Shown here: piece by piece, positions 63,980 through 64,000 of the stretch
Numbering within the stretch: the stretch's first letter is position 1
Layout of the letters: each line of letters begins with the position of its first letter
IMG/VR virus record: IMGVR_UViG_3300045988_005108
Location: 1-64,000 of that record
From: a virus
Reading direction: 5' to 3' (one strand)
Length of the DNA stretch: 64,000 nt
The notes under the pieces: model-generated
Told to the model about the DNA's origin: nothing
Databases searched by the model: none
The model's input: the letters and a program-made list of their open reading frames with translations, nothing else
Program-made: the position numbers and the translations under genes

Positions 63980-64000
63980 TACATTAGGAATGCCAAGATA

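Noticed and set aside
1-64000. Stop-codon reassignment (TAG or TGA recoding), as reported for some crAss-like lineages.
   Set aside because: All large genes, including ORFs of 4-8 kb, are uninterrupted under the standard code. No clusters of in-frame TAG or TGA split recognisable domains.
1-64000. tRNA genes, CRISPR arrays, a diversity-generating retroelement, and integrase or lysogeny genes.
   Set aside because: The few non-coding gaps (2067-2217, 9846-9950, 17256-17360, 30022-30156, 37884-38133, 43106-43215) are explained by terminators, promoter-like boxes or the intron core. I saw no cloverleaf-like sequence, spaced direct repeats, reverse transcriptase motifs or recombinase motifs.

Overview
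AT-rich, gene-dense window (about 35% GC by eye, with clearly lower-GC islands). It reads as a large part of a crAss-like (Crassvirales) Bacteroidota podophage genome. Two convergent arms meet at back-to-back terminators (30045-30137). The plus arm (1-30021) holds a small lysis-like cassette followed by the virion module. That module contains an acidic scaffold-like protein, a 503-aa major-capsid candidate, tandem paralogous structural genes, a 1473-aa muzzle-sized tail protein, and glycine-zipper and cargo-like proteins. It ends with a 2782-aa polyvalent protein carrying RecB-like nuclease, zincin HExxH and ART-like domains. The minus arm (30157-64000) starts with three giant ORFs of the virion RNA-polymerase block (DFDVD, NADFDGD-like catalytic motif). 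A replication and nucleotide-metabolism module follows: ThyX, Pnk-like kinase, family-A DNA polymerase, dUTPase, NrdG, NrdD, RecB-like nuclease, T7-endo-I-like resolvase, UDG and Toprim primase. Three things stand out. (1) A four-gene cassette inside the replication module reads as E2-like? / JAB-MPN+ / E1-ThiF / Ubl-GG fusion, i.e. a phage-borne ubiquitin-like conjugation system. (2) A group I intron with a LAGLIDADG gene appears to split the RNA-polymerase gene. (3) A GIY-YIG endonuclease insertion left a recoded duplicate of the nrdG 5' end. Also present are a free-standing HNH endonuclease, a HicA-like toxin next to a Pnk-like kinase, a membrane-anchored retropepsin-like protease, and recurrent poly-A leaders. 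I saw no tRNA, rRNA, CRISPR array or integrase. All functional calls come from reading motifs and from memory of protein families, not from database searches. Several track starts are GTG/TTG, and I adjusted them where an ATG fits better.
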